In this document: piece after piece, positions 1 to 8,326 of the stretch
Position numbering within the stretch: the stretch's first letter is position 1
Layout: each line of letters opens with the position of its first letter
Assembly: GCA_033852135.1 (NCBI GenBank)
Contig: JAWSVB010000016.1
Coordinates: forward strand, 100,938-164,937
DNA: 64,000 bases
Reading direction: 5' to 3'
Source: Gammaproteobacteria bacterium
GTDB taxonomy: Bacteria; Pseudomonadota; Gammaproteobacteria; QZLD01
Notes under the pieces: generated by a model
What the model saw: only the letters and a program-made list of their open reading frames with translations
Told to the model about the DNA's origin: nothing
Databases searched by the model: none
Position numbers and translations under genes: made by a program

Positions 1-74
1 TATTCAAGGTAATAGATATTAGCCCGCTTTGAATGCAGTATTGTTTTCAGGTCTGATGGTGATAGATCTTTCAT
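1..74 (-). CDS. cas1: Type I-F CRISPR-associated Cas1, N-terminal 24 codons (gene runs off the left edge)
   Basis: Manual translation from ATG at 74 gives MKDLSPSDLKTILHSKRANIYYLE, matching the characteristic I-F Cas1 N-terminus (SPSxLKTILHSKRANxYYL). AGGA RBS just upstream. Not in the ORF track. Confidence 0.88.
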   Translation of the reverse strand, partial: MKDLSPSDLKTILHSKRANIYYLE

Positions 75-91
75 TTTATTCCTGATTATTT

Positions 92-123
92 TGTTGGGCT
101 TCGCAAGCTCAGCACCAACCTAC
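92..123 (-). repeat. GTAG-type REP hairpin
   Basis: Minus strand GTAGGTTGGTGCTGAGCTTGCGAAGCCCAACA: GTAG tetranucleotide followed by an imperfect palindrome. Confidence 0.65.
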
Positions 124-156
124 TTTTTCTGGATACCGGCCTTCGCCGGTATGACG
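124..156 (-). repeat. CGTC-type REP hairpin, identical to 16063-16095
   Basis: TTTTTCTGGATACCGGCCTTCGCCGGTATGACG is an exact 33-bp match to the copy after ppsA; stem ATACCGGC/GCCGGTAT. Confidence 0.85.
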
Positions 157-164
157 TTTTCTTT

Positions 165-194
165 CTGGATTGCCTGATCAAATCTGGTAATGAT
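165..194 (-). repeat. Degenerate third REP-like unit
   Basis: CTGGATTGCCTGATCAAATCTGGTAATGAT has the same TGGAT...ATGA frame as the neighbouring REP and an imperfect stem. Confidence 0.5.
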
Positions 195-211
195 ATTTTT
201 ACCTTTAACCT

Positions 212-245
212 ATTTTACAAACCGGTTGTGTCAAAACCTGTCATA
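212..245 (-). promoter_or_regulatory. Candidate WYL operator and promoter for cas1
   Basis: Minus strand TATGACAGGTTTTGACAC-AACCGGTTTG-TAAAAT: TGACA-N5-TGACA pseudo-palindrome, then 10 nt, then a -10-like hexamer. Confidence 0.5.
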
Positions 246-246
246 G

Positions 247-1212
247 CTAATAATTTTTTAACGCCTTTCTTAATCTGTTTGTTACTTCTTCCTTTAGTGT
301 TTGTGGTTCCAGTACTTTTACATCTGCTCCGTATTTAAGTATGTCCATAACCAGCTCCATATCTTTTGAATATGGAAGTTGCAAGATATAGCTACCATCT
401 TTTTGCAGCTCCCCTTTTTGTTCCGGGTGCCACTGTTCGTCTATCACCCATCTTGCTCTTTCAGGTGTGAATTGCAGTTTTGCAATATTTTTTGCATCTC
501 CGGTGAATATGCCATATGAGCTGAGAACGTGTTTATCAAGCTGGTTTAAGCTAATTTTTTCAGCTTTGCTTTTTTGGATAGTTGCTTGCTGAATTTGGTC
601 TATGGAAAAGATTCTGAATTGTTCGCGTAAGTGGCATTTTGCCTCTAAGTACCAGTTGCTACGGTAATATGTCATTCTTTGCGGGGATACGGTTCTTGTA
701 TTTGTTTTGTTGCTACCTCTAGACAGGTATATGATATCTAGCTTCTTGCTCTGTACTAATGCGCTGGATACGTTTTTGAATATTTTTTCATCTACTCTTC
801 TACTGCCAATCTTTTCTATACGAAATTTATGATCTGCATCTTGTGGAGCAATTTTAGATAACTGTAAGATTGAGTCTATTTTTTTGTTAAGTGGTGATAT
901 TTGGTTTTCAAACAACCCTTTTTCTATGCTTTTAAGTTGTTGTTTAATTGTTAGTAGTGCGGATATCTCGGAAACGTTAAACCATATTCCAGGAAGCTCA
1001 AAACTGGTTTGCTGTTTTTTATTATAATAATAACCACCATTTTCTCTATCCGTTTCTATCGGGGCATCAAAGTAAAGCCGCAGTTCATCAACAACTCTTC
1101 TAACAGTTCTTTCAGAGCACTCGAGCTCCTGCTTCAACTTAGATGTTGATACTGAATAATTAGACAACTTTAGTATTTGGTGTAATGTATATATCCTTGA
1201 GAACTTATCCAT
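247..1212 (-). CDS. WYL-domain transcriptional regulator (HTH-WYL-WCX, YafY/PafC-like)
   Basis: wHTH (LECSERTVRRVVDELR), RTVSPQRM..NWYLEA..RIFSID WYL motif, WCX (ILKYGADVKVLEP). Start placed at ATG 1212 after a GGGGG RBS rather than 1251. Confidence 0.93.
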   Translation of the reverse strand: MDKFSRIYTLHQILKLSNYSVSTSKLKQELECSERTVRRVVDELRLYFDAPIETDRENGGYYYNKKQQTSFELPGIWFNVSEISALLTIKQQLKSIEKGLFENQISPLNKKIDSILQLSKIAPQDADHKFRIEKIGSRRVDEKIFKNVSSALVQSKKLDIIYLSRGSNKTNTRTVSPQRMTYYRSNWYLEAKCHLREQFRIFSIDQIQQATIQKSKAEKISLNQLDKHVLSSYGIFTGDAKNIAKLQFTPERARWVIDEQWHPEQKGELQKDGSYILQLPYSKDMELVMDILKYGADVKVLEPQTLKEEVTNRLRKALKNY

Positions 1213-1486
1213 GCTTTCACCCCCATAACAACCATTTGCTGATGATACCATATGGTTTTTACGCTGTAACTAAACCCCAAAATATTATTAGTATCCCTGA
1301 GTTTCCCTTTTATTAATGGGTGAATTACATATGGATTAAGGCAAGAAAAAATAGGTTATTTCACACATAAATGTAACTTCCAGGCTTTGTATTAATTATA
1401 TAATGAGTTAGTTCGACCGCTGTTATCTTTGCCCAAATTATTCTACTTAAAGTTAGTGGGCAGCAACATAAGGATAAAAAGTACTG

Positions 1487-2458
1487 CTACCAGGTACAGT
1501 CTGGATGATGGCTCTTAAGAAACTCTTTATAAGCAGGGACAGGGTATCCCATATGTGTGGCGCTGTATGGCAGCTTAATTGAAGATCCTGATCGATTAGA
1601 CATTTTATCTATCTTGGATATTTTTTTAATCGACTTTTCCACAGCAGCACGCGTTTTATATCCGAATACCCCATCGATTTTTCCTTTCAGGTATCCGTGC
1701 TTTTTTAAACAGGTCTGAATTGGAACTAAATATGTGTAAGAGTCACTGGCAATATTTGAGAACAGTTTATCTCGACTTACCCCGCTTATCCATTTTTTAT
1801 TGGCATATTTCTTAACAGCTAATTCTCCTCTTGCAGCCCAATTCCCCATAGCTCCACCGTATTTATGGAAAATGACCTGGTACCCCATAACCTCCAGTCT
1901 TTCTAAAGGTTCTCCCCAGATTTTCCGCTCCTCCCGGTCTATTTTCATCTGTGCTTCACGCGCAATTACCTCAGCTTTCTGTTTACGCCTCTCTTCGGTT
2001 TGCACAGCAGCTCTTTCCTGATTGACTTCATTAAATGGCCTTTGATGAACACCAAATAACATAAGTAACAGTCCAATAATCAATGGCCCAACTGTTATCA
2101 GGAATGTCCATGGTTTTCCTATATAGTGTGCGATAACATTAAAAACACTGGTGATAAAACAAAAAAACATAATCCAGTAAACCACTATTAAGCCTAAACA
2201 CAATTCTCCATTAACTGCAGAATAAATGTAATCTGTTGGGACCATTAATGGCACGCCGATGGCATAATTATAAATATTCAGAATTAATCTGAATGGCAGG
2301 ATATATAGATCCTGCTGTTCATGCATATCTCGTAAGGCATATGGAAAAGCAGCTACTACCAATATAATCCAAAGAAAGGTAAAGCCCTCACCGAGCTGTT
2401 TGGCAGGAACAGAAACTCCATTTACTGTAACGTTTATATTGTCTAATTTATTACTCAC
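1487..2458 (-). CDS. Hypothetical membrane protein with a C-terminal peptidoglycan-binding-like motif
   Basis: About 4 hydrophobic segments, a charged coiled segment, and IQTCLKKHGYLKGKIDGVFGYKTRAAV resembling PG_binding_1. Confidence 0.6.
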   Translation of the reverse strand: MSNKLDNINVTVNGVSVPAKQLGEGFTFLWIILVVAAFPYALRDMHEQQDLYILPFRLILNIYNYAIGVPLMVPTDYIYSAVNGELCLGLIVVYWIMFFCFITSVFNVIAHYIGKPWTFLITVGPLIIGLLLMLFGVHQRPFNEVNQERAAVQTEERRKQKAEVIAREAQMKIDREERKIWGEPLERLEVMGYQVIFHKYGGAMGNWAARGELAVKKYANKKWISGVSRDKLFSNIASDSYTYLVPIQTCLKKHGYLKGKIDGVFGYKTRAAVEKSIKKISKIDKMSNRSGSSIKLPYSATHMGYPVPAYKEFLKSHHPDCTW

Positions 2459-2599
2459 AAGTCATATCCTTTTAACAGTGTAGAAGCGGCTTACCATAGC
2501 AACCTAACAATGTTACCACTGTATTCTTCTAGAACAAAAAAATCTCAACCACATATTACCTATGTGCATATACCAAACCATTAGCTAAAGGAGTTTATT

Positions 2600-3070
2600 A
2601 TGCACAGTAATGATAAATACGAGATTGATCGTTCTCCTGAATCATTAAAGATTCTTGAGCAAGCCGCATCGATAATTGAGGCGAAGTTTAAAAGGGGGGA
2701 GCAGTTTTCTTCTGCTGAAGATTCTAAGAAGTTTTTAACCTATAAACTTGCCGGTTATGAGCGGGAGGTTTTTGCTGCTCTTCTGCTTGATAATCAAAAT
2801 CGTCTGATTGAGTATAAGGTGTTGTTCTACGGCACTATCAATAGCACCACAGTTCATCCTAGAGAGATTGTTAAGGTTATTCTTAATGTGAATGCAGCTG
2901 CCGTTATCTTTGCCCATAATCATCCTTCTGGTGAATCAAAGCCGTCATCTGATGATATTGCTTTGACAAAAACCTTATCGCAAATCTTAAAACAGATCGA
3001 TGTACCTGTTGTTGATCATATAGTTATTGGTAAGGAGGCTTACTCTTTTGCTGAGAATGGATTACTTTAA
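2600..3070 (+). CDS. radC: RadC-like JAB-domain protein (short, mobile-element type)
   Basis: EREVF, HPREIVK, AHNHPSG..PS..D, DHIVIG motifs. Confidence 0.93.
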   Translation: MHSNDKYEIDRSPESLKILEQAASIIEAKFKRGEQFSSAEDSKKFLTYKLAGYEREVFAALLLDNQNRLIEYKVLFYGTINSTTVHPREIVKVILNVNAAAVIFAHNHPSGESKPSSDDIALTKTLSQILKQIDVPVVDHIVIGKEAYSFAENGLL

Positions 3071-3084
3071 AACTTCAGAGTACG

Positions 3085-3118
3085 GCATAAAAGGGCATTT
3101 GCCCTTTTATGCTTTTTA
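3085..3118. terminator. Probably bidirectional intrinsic terminator between radC and alpA
   Basis: 13-bp inverted repeat GCATAAAAGGGCA/TGCCCTTTTATGC followed by a T-run. Confidence 0.75.
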
Positions 3119-3304
3119 TTGTGTTTCATCCCTGCTTTCTATTTTAGATGATATCCAGTCATCAATTTCATTATCAATCCAGGCCACTGCTCTTCCCCCC
3201 AAAGACACAGGTTTTGGGAATTTATCCTCTGCTATGTATCTGTAGATAGTTGCCTTTGATAGACCCGTAATTTCGAGTATCTCTTTAATTCGTACGAACT
3301 TCAT
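3116..3304 (-). CDS. alpA: AlpA-family regulator / recombination directionality factor
   Basis: TGLSKATIYRYI..FPKPVSLGGRAVAW..EIDDW; GGAGG RBS. Confidence 0.92.
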   Translation of the reverse strand: MKFVRIKEILEITGLSKATIYRYIAEDKFPKPVSLGGRAVAWIDNEIDDWISSKIESRDETQ

Positions 3305-3420
3305 GTTTAATCCTCCGTATCAGTTCGATATATAGAGAAGACATGTAAAGAAATACTTACCGGTGACATGATTCAAAATTTATTAAGCCATATATTACTA
3401 ATAAAAAAAGCAATAAAAGA

Positions 3421-4092
3421 CTAATTTATACTGCAACCAAAAGAGTTACTTCGATCCCCGTAGTTTTTTGTATGAGCCTTTGCCAAGTAACTTACCCTCT
3501 TAATGGCTTCCATAAGCTGCTGGTCAAACTCATGACTATTCTTATCAACGCGATGAACAGATTTATTTTTGGATATATAAACCAGAGGATATGCTTTGCG
3601 CAGCTCTACACCAAGAGCACTTGCCCATGCCTCCACGAGCATAGCAGTAAGACCATTCCCCCCTTTCCATTCGGGGCTTATGTAGTTATATACATCCGTA
3701 TTCAGGAAAAGCGCTACATGATAATGATCAAGTTCGCTAGTTTTTCTTTCCTTAGCCCAAACATATCGAACTCCTGTACTTCGCACAGTTTTGCAGAAAG
3801 CAAATTTACGATGATAGTGAGCATTTATCTTCGCCTTTATTGAATTAATAAACCTAGAAATAAGGCTTTTGTTGCTGGAATAATAGCGGTCATCTACAAG
3901 AAATATTTTTGAAAGGGATAGATCAAAACGGAATACTGCCGTTCTAGGGTGTTCAGCTATAGCCTTCCCAAAAACTTCATTTATTCGTTCCATATATTCA
4001 GCAATTAATATTCGCTTATCGACATACTTCCCATAAAATACTTTACCCTCAAATTTTGTAAGGTTTTTATTGGATTTAATTTGTTTTGGCAT
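3421..4092 (-). CDS. YagK/YfjJ (inovirus Gp2-like) protein, putative HUH replication initiator
   Basis: HPRTAVFRFDL, YVWAKE..DHYHVAL (HUH), RVSYLAK (YxxK), terminal FGCS. Confidence 0.82.
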   Translation of the reverse strand: MPKQIKSNKNLTKFEGKVFYGKYVDKRILIAEYMERINEVFGKAIAEHPRTAVFRFDLSLSKIFLVDDRYYSSNKSLISRFINSIKAKINAHYHRKFAFCKTVRSTGVRYVWAKERKTSELDHYHVALFLNTDVYNYISPEWKGGNGLTAMLVEAWASALGVELRKAYPLVYISKNKSVHRVDKNSHEFDQQLMEAIKRVSYLAKAHTKNYGDRSNSFGCSIN

Positions 4093-4759
4093 TTTAGCCT
4101 CCTATAAAGTTTTAATTCCATATAAGAGGTTGTGTATGTACTTTTTTATTGTTTAATTTTTTTACCTTTAATATTTATATATTAAACATACCGCCAGTTA
4201 TTTAGTCTGAAAGGACAACTTTTTATAGGTATTCGCTGGGATTTATTGCCTTAATAGAAGAAAAATTACTCTGCTAATAAATCCAAAGATCAGAATTCTA
4301 TTTGCGGAAAATGGATAACCTAACACATTAAACAAACTAAGAGGCTGGAGGCCAAAACGAAATACGGTTGCCTTTGGATATTACACTCATGCTTTTAGAA
4401 TAAAATGGTGAGCCTTTCTAAACATTATTAATTAACACACCACCAACATAAAATACCTATCTTTAAGATTAGGCAAGATCCTTATTTGATTTAATAAATT
4501 TTAGAGTAGTATTAACATATAATTAATATAAACAAGAAAAGTAGCAAGTTATTTTTTATATTTCTCTTATTTATCAATATAATCTGGCTTAGTTAGAGCA
4601 GTCATAGTTATGGTTTTATTACGCTAATATAATTGTTTTATGATGCAATTCTCATATATTTTGTATGCTTTTGTTATAGTTTTGTTATAGCGCAACGTTG
4701 AATACTATTTATCTTATTACATCCATTATTATTTAAACAACAGAGCCGTAATACTAAAC

Positions 4760-5908
4760 ATGATCAAAGAATCATCAAATTTTTTTGGAAAATTGAGCGA
4801 GAGGGAAAGTTATTGGTTATGCATTGCCATCTATAATCCAATAACTCTAGCTCCGTTACTAAAATCGACGACACATAGAACAAATTTGATATTAATAGAC
4901 CAAGCAATAAGAAATCACCTTAAACAACATCCTAATGATGAAAATTATTTACCTGAACTATATTTATACTGGGATAATATGATCCTTGATGAACATGAAT
5001 TTGACTGGATAGATCCAACAAATGAAAGGCTATGCTATTGGGCTTGGCTATATATAAATAAATTCAATGTAATGACACAACTTAGTACAGCAGCTATACA
5101 ACCTCAAGATGTGAGACACACAAACTATCCATCACAAGAAAATAAAAGTATGCGCGAAGATGAATACTGGAGTTTACTAAATGAGCGAGTTAATAATAGA
5201 TGGGGACGTAAAGAAGAGCAGCCAGATTATTCTCAAGACACCGACGCCAATACTGACGATTCAATGTCAAATAACACGAGCACTTCTATACCTGCTCAAG
5301 ACAACTTAAAACCACTTGTTCCAATACTTACAAACGCTAAAGAAAAGCGTACCCAAACAATTACATCAATTGATCGCATACTTCTACCAATACTTAGCTA
5401 TGAAGACAAGCTAAGATACATTACAACAATGAAATCGGATTTGGCATACTGCATATCAAAAGTGAATCACAGTTGGCTAAATAAAGAAAATGAGAACCAG
5501 GTAGATTGGGCCTGGGACTACTTCTTCGACAAAATCATAAGTACAAATGATTTAGATGCTAATATATGCCAAAAACCAATTACTCAAAGAGACAAATTTA
5601 ACACTATTATCGCATGCATAGACTTATGCTATACATCAGAACAAAAAGGCCTACCAATCAAACTCGGCAATAACGAGTCTATTGAAAAAGTGCTTGAAAG
5701 GGCAAAAGGGGCATGGAGGGGAAAAATCAAACGTGACGCCAAAGATACCGAGCTTGCAAAAGAATTACCCATAACCAAACAAAGCCAGAAACAACTTATT
5801 GAGATTCAAACAACAATGGATCAACCAATCAAAAAGGTATTGATGGATTTGATTAAGGATGAATACGATAAGTTACCAGATCAGACCAAGAAAACAAAAG
5901 ATAACTAG
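4760..5908 (+). CDS. Hypothetical island protein with a duplicated Trp-rich motif
   Basis: 382-aa ORF converging on the integrase with a 4-bp overlap; FDWIDPTNERLCYWAWLYI and HSWLNKENENQVDWAWDYF. Confidence 0.75.
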   Translation: MIKESSNFFGKLSERESYWLCIAIYNPITLAPLLKSTTHRTNLILIDQAIRNHLKQHPNDENYLPELYLYWDNMILDEHEFDWIDPTNERLCYWAWLYINKFNVMTQLSTAAIQPQDVRHTNYPSQENKSMREDEYWSLLNERVNNRWGRKEEQPDYSQDTDANTDDSMSNNTSTSIPAQDNLKPLVPILTNAKEKRTQTITSIDRILLPILSYEDKLRYITTMKSDLAYCISKVNHSWLNKENENQVDWAWDYFFDKIISTNDLDANICQKPITQRDKFNTIIACIDLCYTSEQKGLPIKLGNNESIEKVLERAKGAWRGKIKRDAKDTELAKELPITKQSQKQLIEIQTTMDQPIKKVLMDLIKDEYDKLPDQTKKTKDN

Positions 5909-7095
5909 CGAGAAATCCGCTCAGACCACCACTCCATCATTTCCCTACGCCTCTCAACATACTGAGCGCGGTTATAGGCAGATCTAACCTGATTCTTATC
6001 CACATGCGCCAAAGCAGCCTCGATAATATCGGGATCAAAGCCTTGCTCGTTAAGAGTGGTGCTAGCTAAAGCTCTCATGCCATGAGCTGTAAGCCTACCC
6101 TTAAATCCCATTCTTTTAAGAGCAACATTGGCGGTCGAATTGTTAGCACAACGCCTAGGATCTATATCAGATGGAAACAAGAATTCAAACTTACCGGATA
6201 TCTCACGCAGCTTTTCTAGAATAGCTATTGCCTGATCTGTTAACGGTATTACATGCTCTCTTCTTTTTTTCATACGCTCCGGGGGGATGATCCATATTTT
6301 TTGTTCCAGGTCTATTTCATCCCACCTGGCACCAGCTGCCTCGCCAGGACGGGTCATTGTGTGTAATTGCCACAGAAGCATGTATCTGGTCACCTTGCGA
6401 ATATTTGCATCATAAATAGCATCTATAAGCATAGGAAGCTCTTCAGGCTTAAGTGTCGGGTAGTTTTTGGTCTTTGGGGTGTGAAATGCAGCTCGAATAC
6501 CAACTAAAGGATTACTCTTAATAATGCCTACGTTAGTAGCATAGGTCATAACCTCATTTAATCTCTGACAAATACGCTTAATCATTTCCAGTTTGCCGGT
6601 TTTGCTTAATAGCTGGAGCGTCTCTATAACCTCTGGCGCATTTACATCATGTATTGACTGATTACCAAGCTTAGGAAAGATATGATTCTCAAGTGAACCG
6701 ATAATATCCTGTGCATAGCCGTCGGTTATCTTGGCTTTTTTAAGTTCAAACCACTGTCTTGTTACCAGTTCTAATGTCTGGGATTTTTTCCTTAGCTGCT
6801 CTTTTTGAATATTTTTTAAATGCTGCTTTGGATCAATACCGTTTGCCAGGAGAGACCTATATTCTTTGGCGATCTTTCTGGCATCTTCCAATGTTAATGG
6901 CGGAAAAGTACCTAGTGAGATATTAGCCCTTTTCTTCTCTGGAGTTGGTCGATAGTAATTAAACAGCCAACTTTTAGCCCCATTGGGCCTTACCCTTAAC
7001 ATCAGGCCATCACCATCGGCAAGATTATATTCTTTATCCTTTGGTTTAGCATATTTTACTTGTGTAAATGATAGTGAAACTGTCTTTCTAGCCAT
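5905..7095 (-). CDS. P4-like tyrosine integrase
   Basis: Arm-binding N-terminus (DGDGLMLRV), catalytic R (TRPGE), HGMR, LAH, AYNR; adjacent to the tRNA 3' end. Confidence 0.96.
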   Translation of the reverse strand: MARKTVSLSFTQVKYAKPKDKEYNLADGDGLMLRVRPNGAKSWLFNYYRPTPEKKRANISLGTFPPLTLEDARKIAKEYRSLLANGIDPKQHLKNIQKEQLRKKSQTLELVTRQWFELKKAKITDGYAQDIIGSLENHIFPKLGNQSIHDVNAPEVIETLQLLSKTGKLEMIKRICQRLNEVMTYATNVGIIKSNPLVGIRAAFHTPKTKNYPTLKPEELPMLIDAIYDANIRKVTRYMLLWQLHTMTRPGEAAGARWDEIDLEQKIWIIPPERMKKRREHVIPLTDQAIAILEKLREISGKFEFLFPSDIDPRRCANNSTANVALKRMGFKGRLTAHGMRALASTTLNEQGFDPDIIEAALAHVDKNQVRSAYNRAQYVERRREMMEWWSERISR

Positions 7096-7098
7096 TTT

Positions 7099-7152
7099 AG
7101 TAACATCGCTTTTTATTTTGTCATCTAGTGTTACTTAAAATGTTACTAAAAC
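7099..7152. promoter_or_regulatory. Putative integrase arm-type sites
   Basis: TGTTACT twice in direct repeat (about 7130 and 7141) and inverted AGTAACA at about 7099, between the int start and the tRNA. Confidence 0.45.
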
Positions 7153-7260
7153 TGTGAGATTTTGCAATACCGCCTGAGACTCAACGAGACCACAAACACT
7201 GATATTCTATTGTTTTTACAGGAGTTTTAAGGGTTTATGACACTTTGTGAGATTTAGACA

Positions 7261-7348
7261 TGGCGGACAGGGAGGGATTCGAACCCTCGGTACGTTACCG
7301 TACACACACTTTCCAGGCGTGCTCTTTCGGCCACTCAGACACCTGTCC
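7261..7348 (-). tRNA. tRNA-Ser (anticodon GGA)
   Basis: GGACAGG/CCTGTCC acceptor stem, CT-GGA-AA anticodon loop, long variable arm, GGTTCGAATCC, encoded CCA; 88 nt. Confidence 0.97.
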
Positions 7349-7359
7349 ACAAGGGTGCA

Positions 7360-7388
7360 AGATTAAACCAGTTTGGTATTTGGTGCAA
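7360..7388 (-). promoter_or_regulatory. Sigma70 promoter of tRNA-Ser
   Basis: TTGCAC-N17-TAATCT immediately upstream of the tRNA. Confidence 0.6.
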
Positions 7389-7609
7389 TAGATATTAAAG
7401 GTTGATTGCTTATTTTTTCCGTGACTATTTAGATGAACGGTAACTTGAAAATAATTAGATACCGTTTGTCCTGTTTTTATTACCGAATGCTCATTAATGT
7501 AGATGTCAGGCCTATTGGTCCATTGCGGATAAATTTTAAATTGAATATGCTTATTTCAAATGGAGCACATTTTAAAAAAAAGGAAAAGTATGCTGATGTA
7601 GGAGAGAAA

Positions 7610-8305
7610 ATGGTTCTTCAATATGATTGTTCGTCAGATGATGTTATTTCATTGATCGAAAATGCAAATAAAGATGAGAGAATTTGTTTGCTACGCTCAT
7701 TAGGGATTGAAGAGGACATCACAAAGGATTTTAGTGAGGCCATATTCAGCATACTAAGCAAGGAAGCCAGCTATTCGATAGGGAGGTTGGTGAGAAAAGG
7801 AAAAGGAATTCCTTACTGGCTGGTTGTACATAAAACAGCTAAGTTTTTGAAAACCAATTCCTGTGAACGCGATGAAGGTTGGGTTCAGCGCAATTACCAA
7901 ATACTTGAACGCAATATATTTGATATGGTTTTTCGCACCTTTCTATACTCTATTCCAGAAGAAAACCGTGATAAATTAGAGGATAGTCTCTCAATAGTGG
8001 GCAATACCCTATTACGCTCTACCGATAAGAATGACTCAAAAGTGGCTGCTGTATCATCTCTTGGTTTAGGCAGTACATCGTTACTCGCTATCTTAGGAAG
8101 TTCTATTGGGGCAACTATCGCTCCTCTTTGGCTTTTAGCTTTAAGTGCGCTTACAGTTAAAAGGTATGAAGCCTCTAAATACAAAAAAATCATCCCATTT
8201 ATATCTGTCATTGCATCAATTCGCCACCGGGTTGAAACAAATGGCATATCTGATAGCGACTATCATCTAGAACAAGAACAAATCCAAGTTAGATCTGGGT
8301 TTTGA
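7610..8305 (+). CDS. Hypothetical protein, possibly YaaW/DUF3944-like
   Basis: GGAG RBS before ATG 7610 (track start is 7433). RKGKGIPY..V..A.FLK, a Gly/Leu-rich hydrophobic stretch and YKKIIP..IA.IR resemble YaaW-type proteins. Confidence 0.5.
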   Translation: MVLQYDCSSDDVISLIENANKDERICLLRSLGIEEDITKDFSEAIFSILSKEASYSIGRLVRKGKGIPYWLVVHKTAKFLKTNSCERDEGWVQRNYQILERNIFDMVFRTFLYSIPEENRDKLEDSLSIVGNTLLRSTDKNDSKVAAVSSLGLGSTSLLAILGSSIGATIAPLWLLALSALTVKRYEASKYKKIIPFISVIASIRHRVETNGISDSDYHLEQEQIQVRSGF

Positions 8306-8326
8306 TTAACAGATATTGAGAATAAT

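Larger units (their letters stand above)
1487..7260. mobile_element. tRNA-Ser-anchored genomic island (left boundary unresolved, may include WYL-cas)
   Basis: int + alpA + YagK/YfjJ + radC next to the tRNA 3' end. No second copy of the tRNA 3' end was found by eye in 1-7260. Confidence 0.75.

Noticed and set aside
1420-1470. Imperfect inverted repeat TGCCCA/TGGGCA as attR or ncRNA
   Set aside because: Short stem with no similarity to the tRNA 3' end; at most a weak terminator
1556-1580. GCTGTATGGCAGCTTA resembles part of a type I-F CRISPR repeat
   Set aside because: Single partial match inside a coding region, with no spacer-repeat periodicity
1487-7260. Prophage or inovirus
   Set aside because: No capsid, Zot/pI, tail or lysis genes; only a Gp2-like Rep
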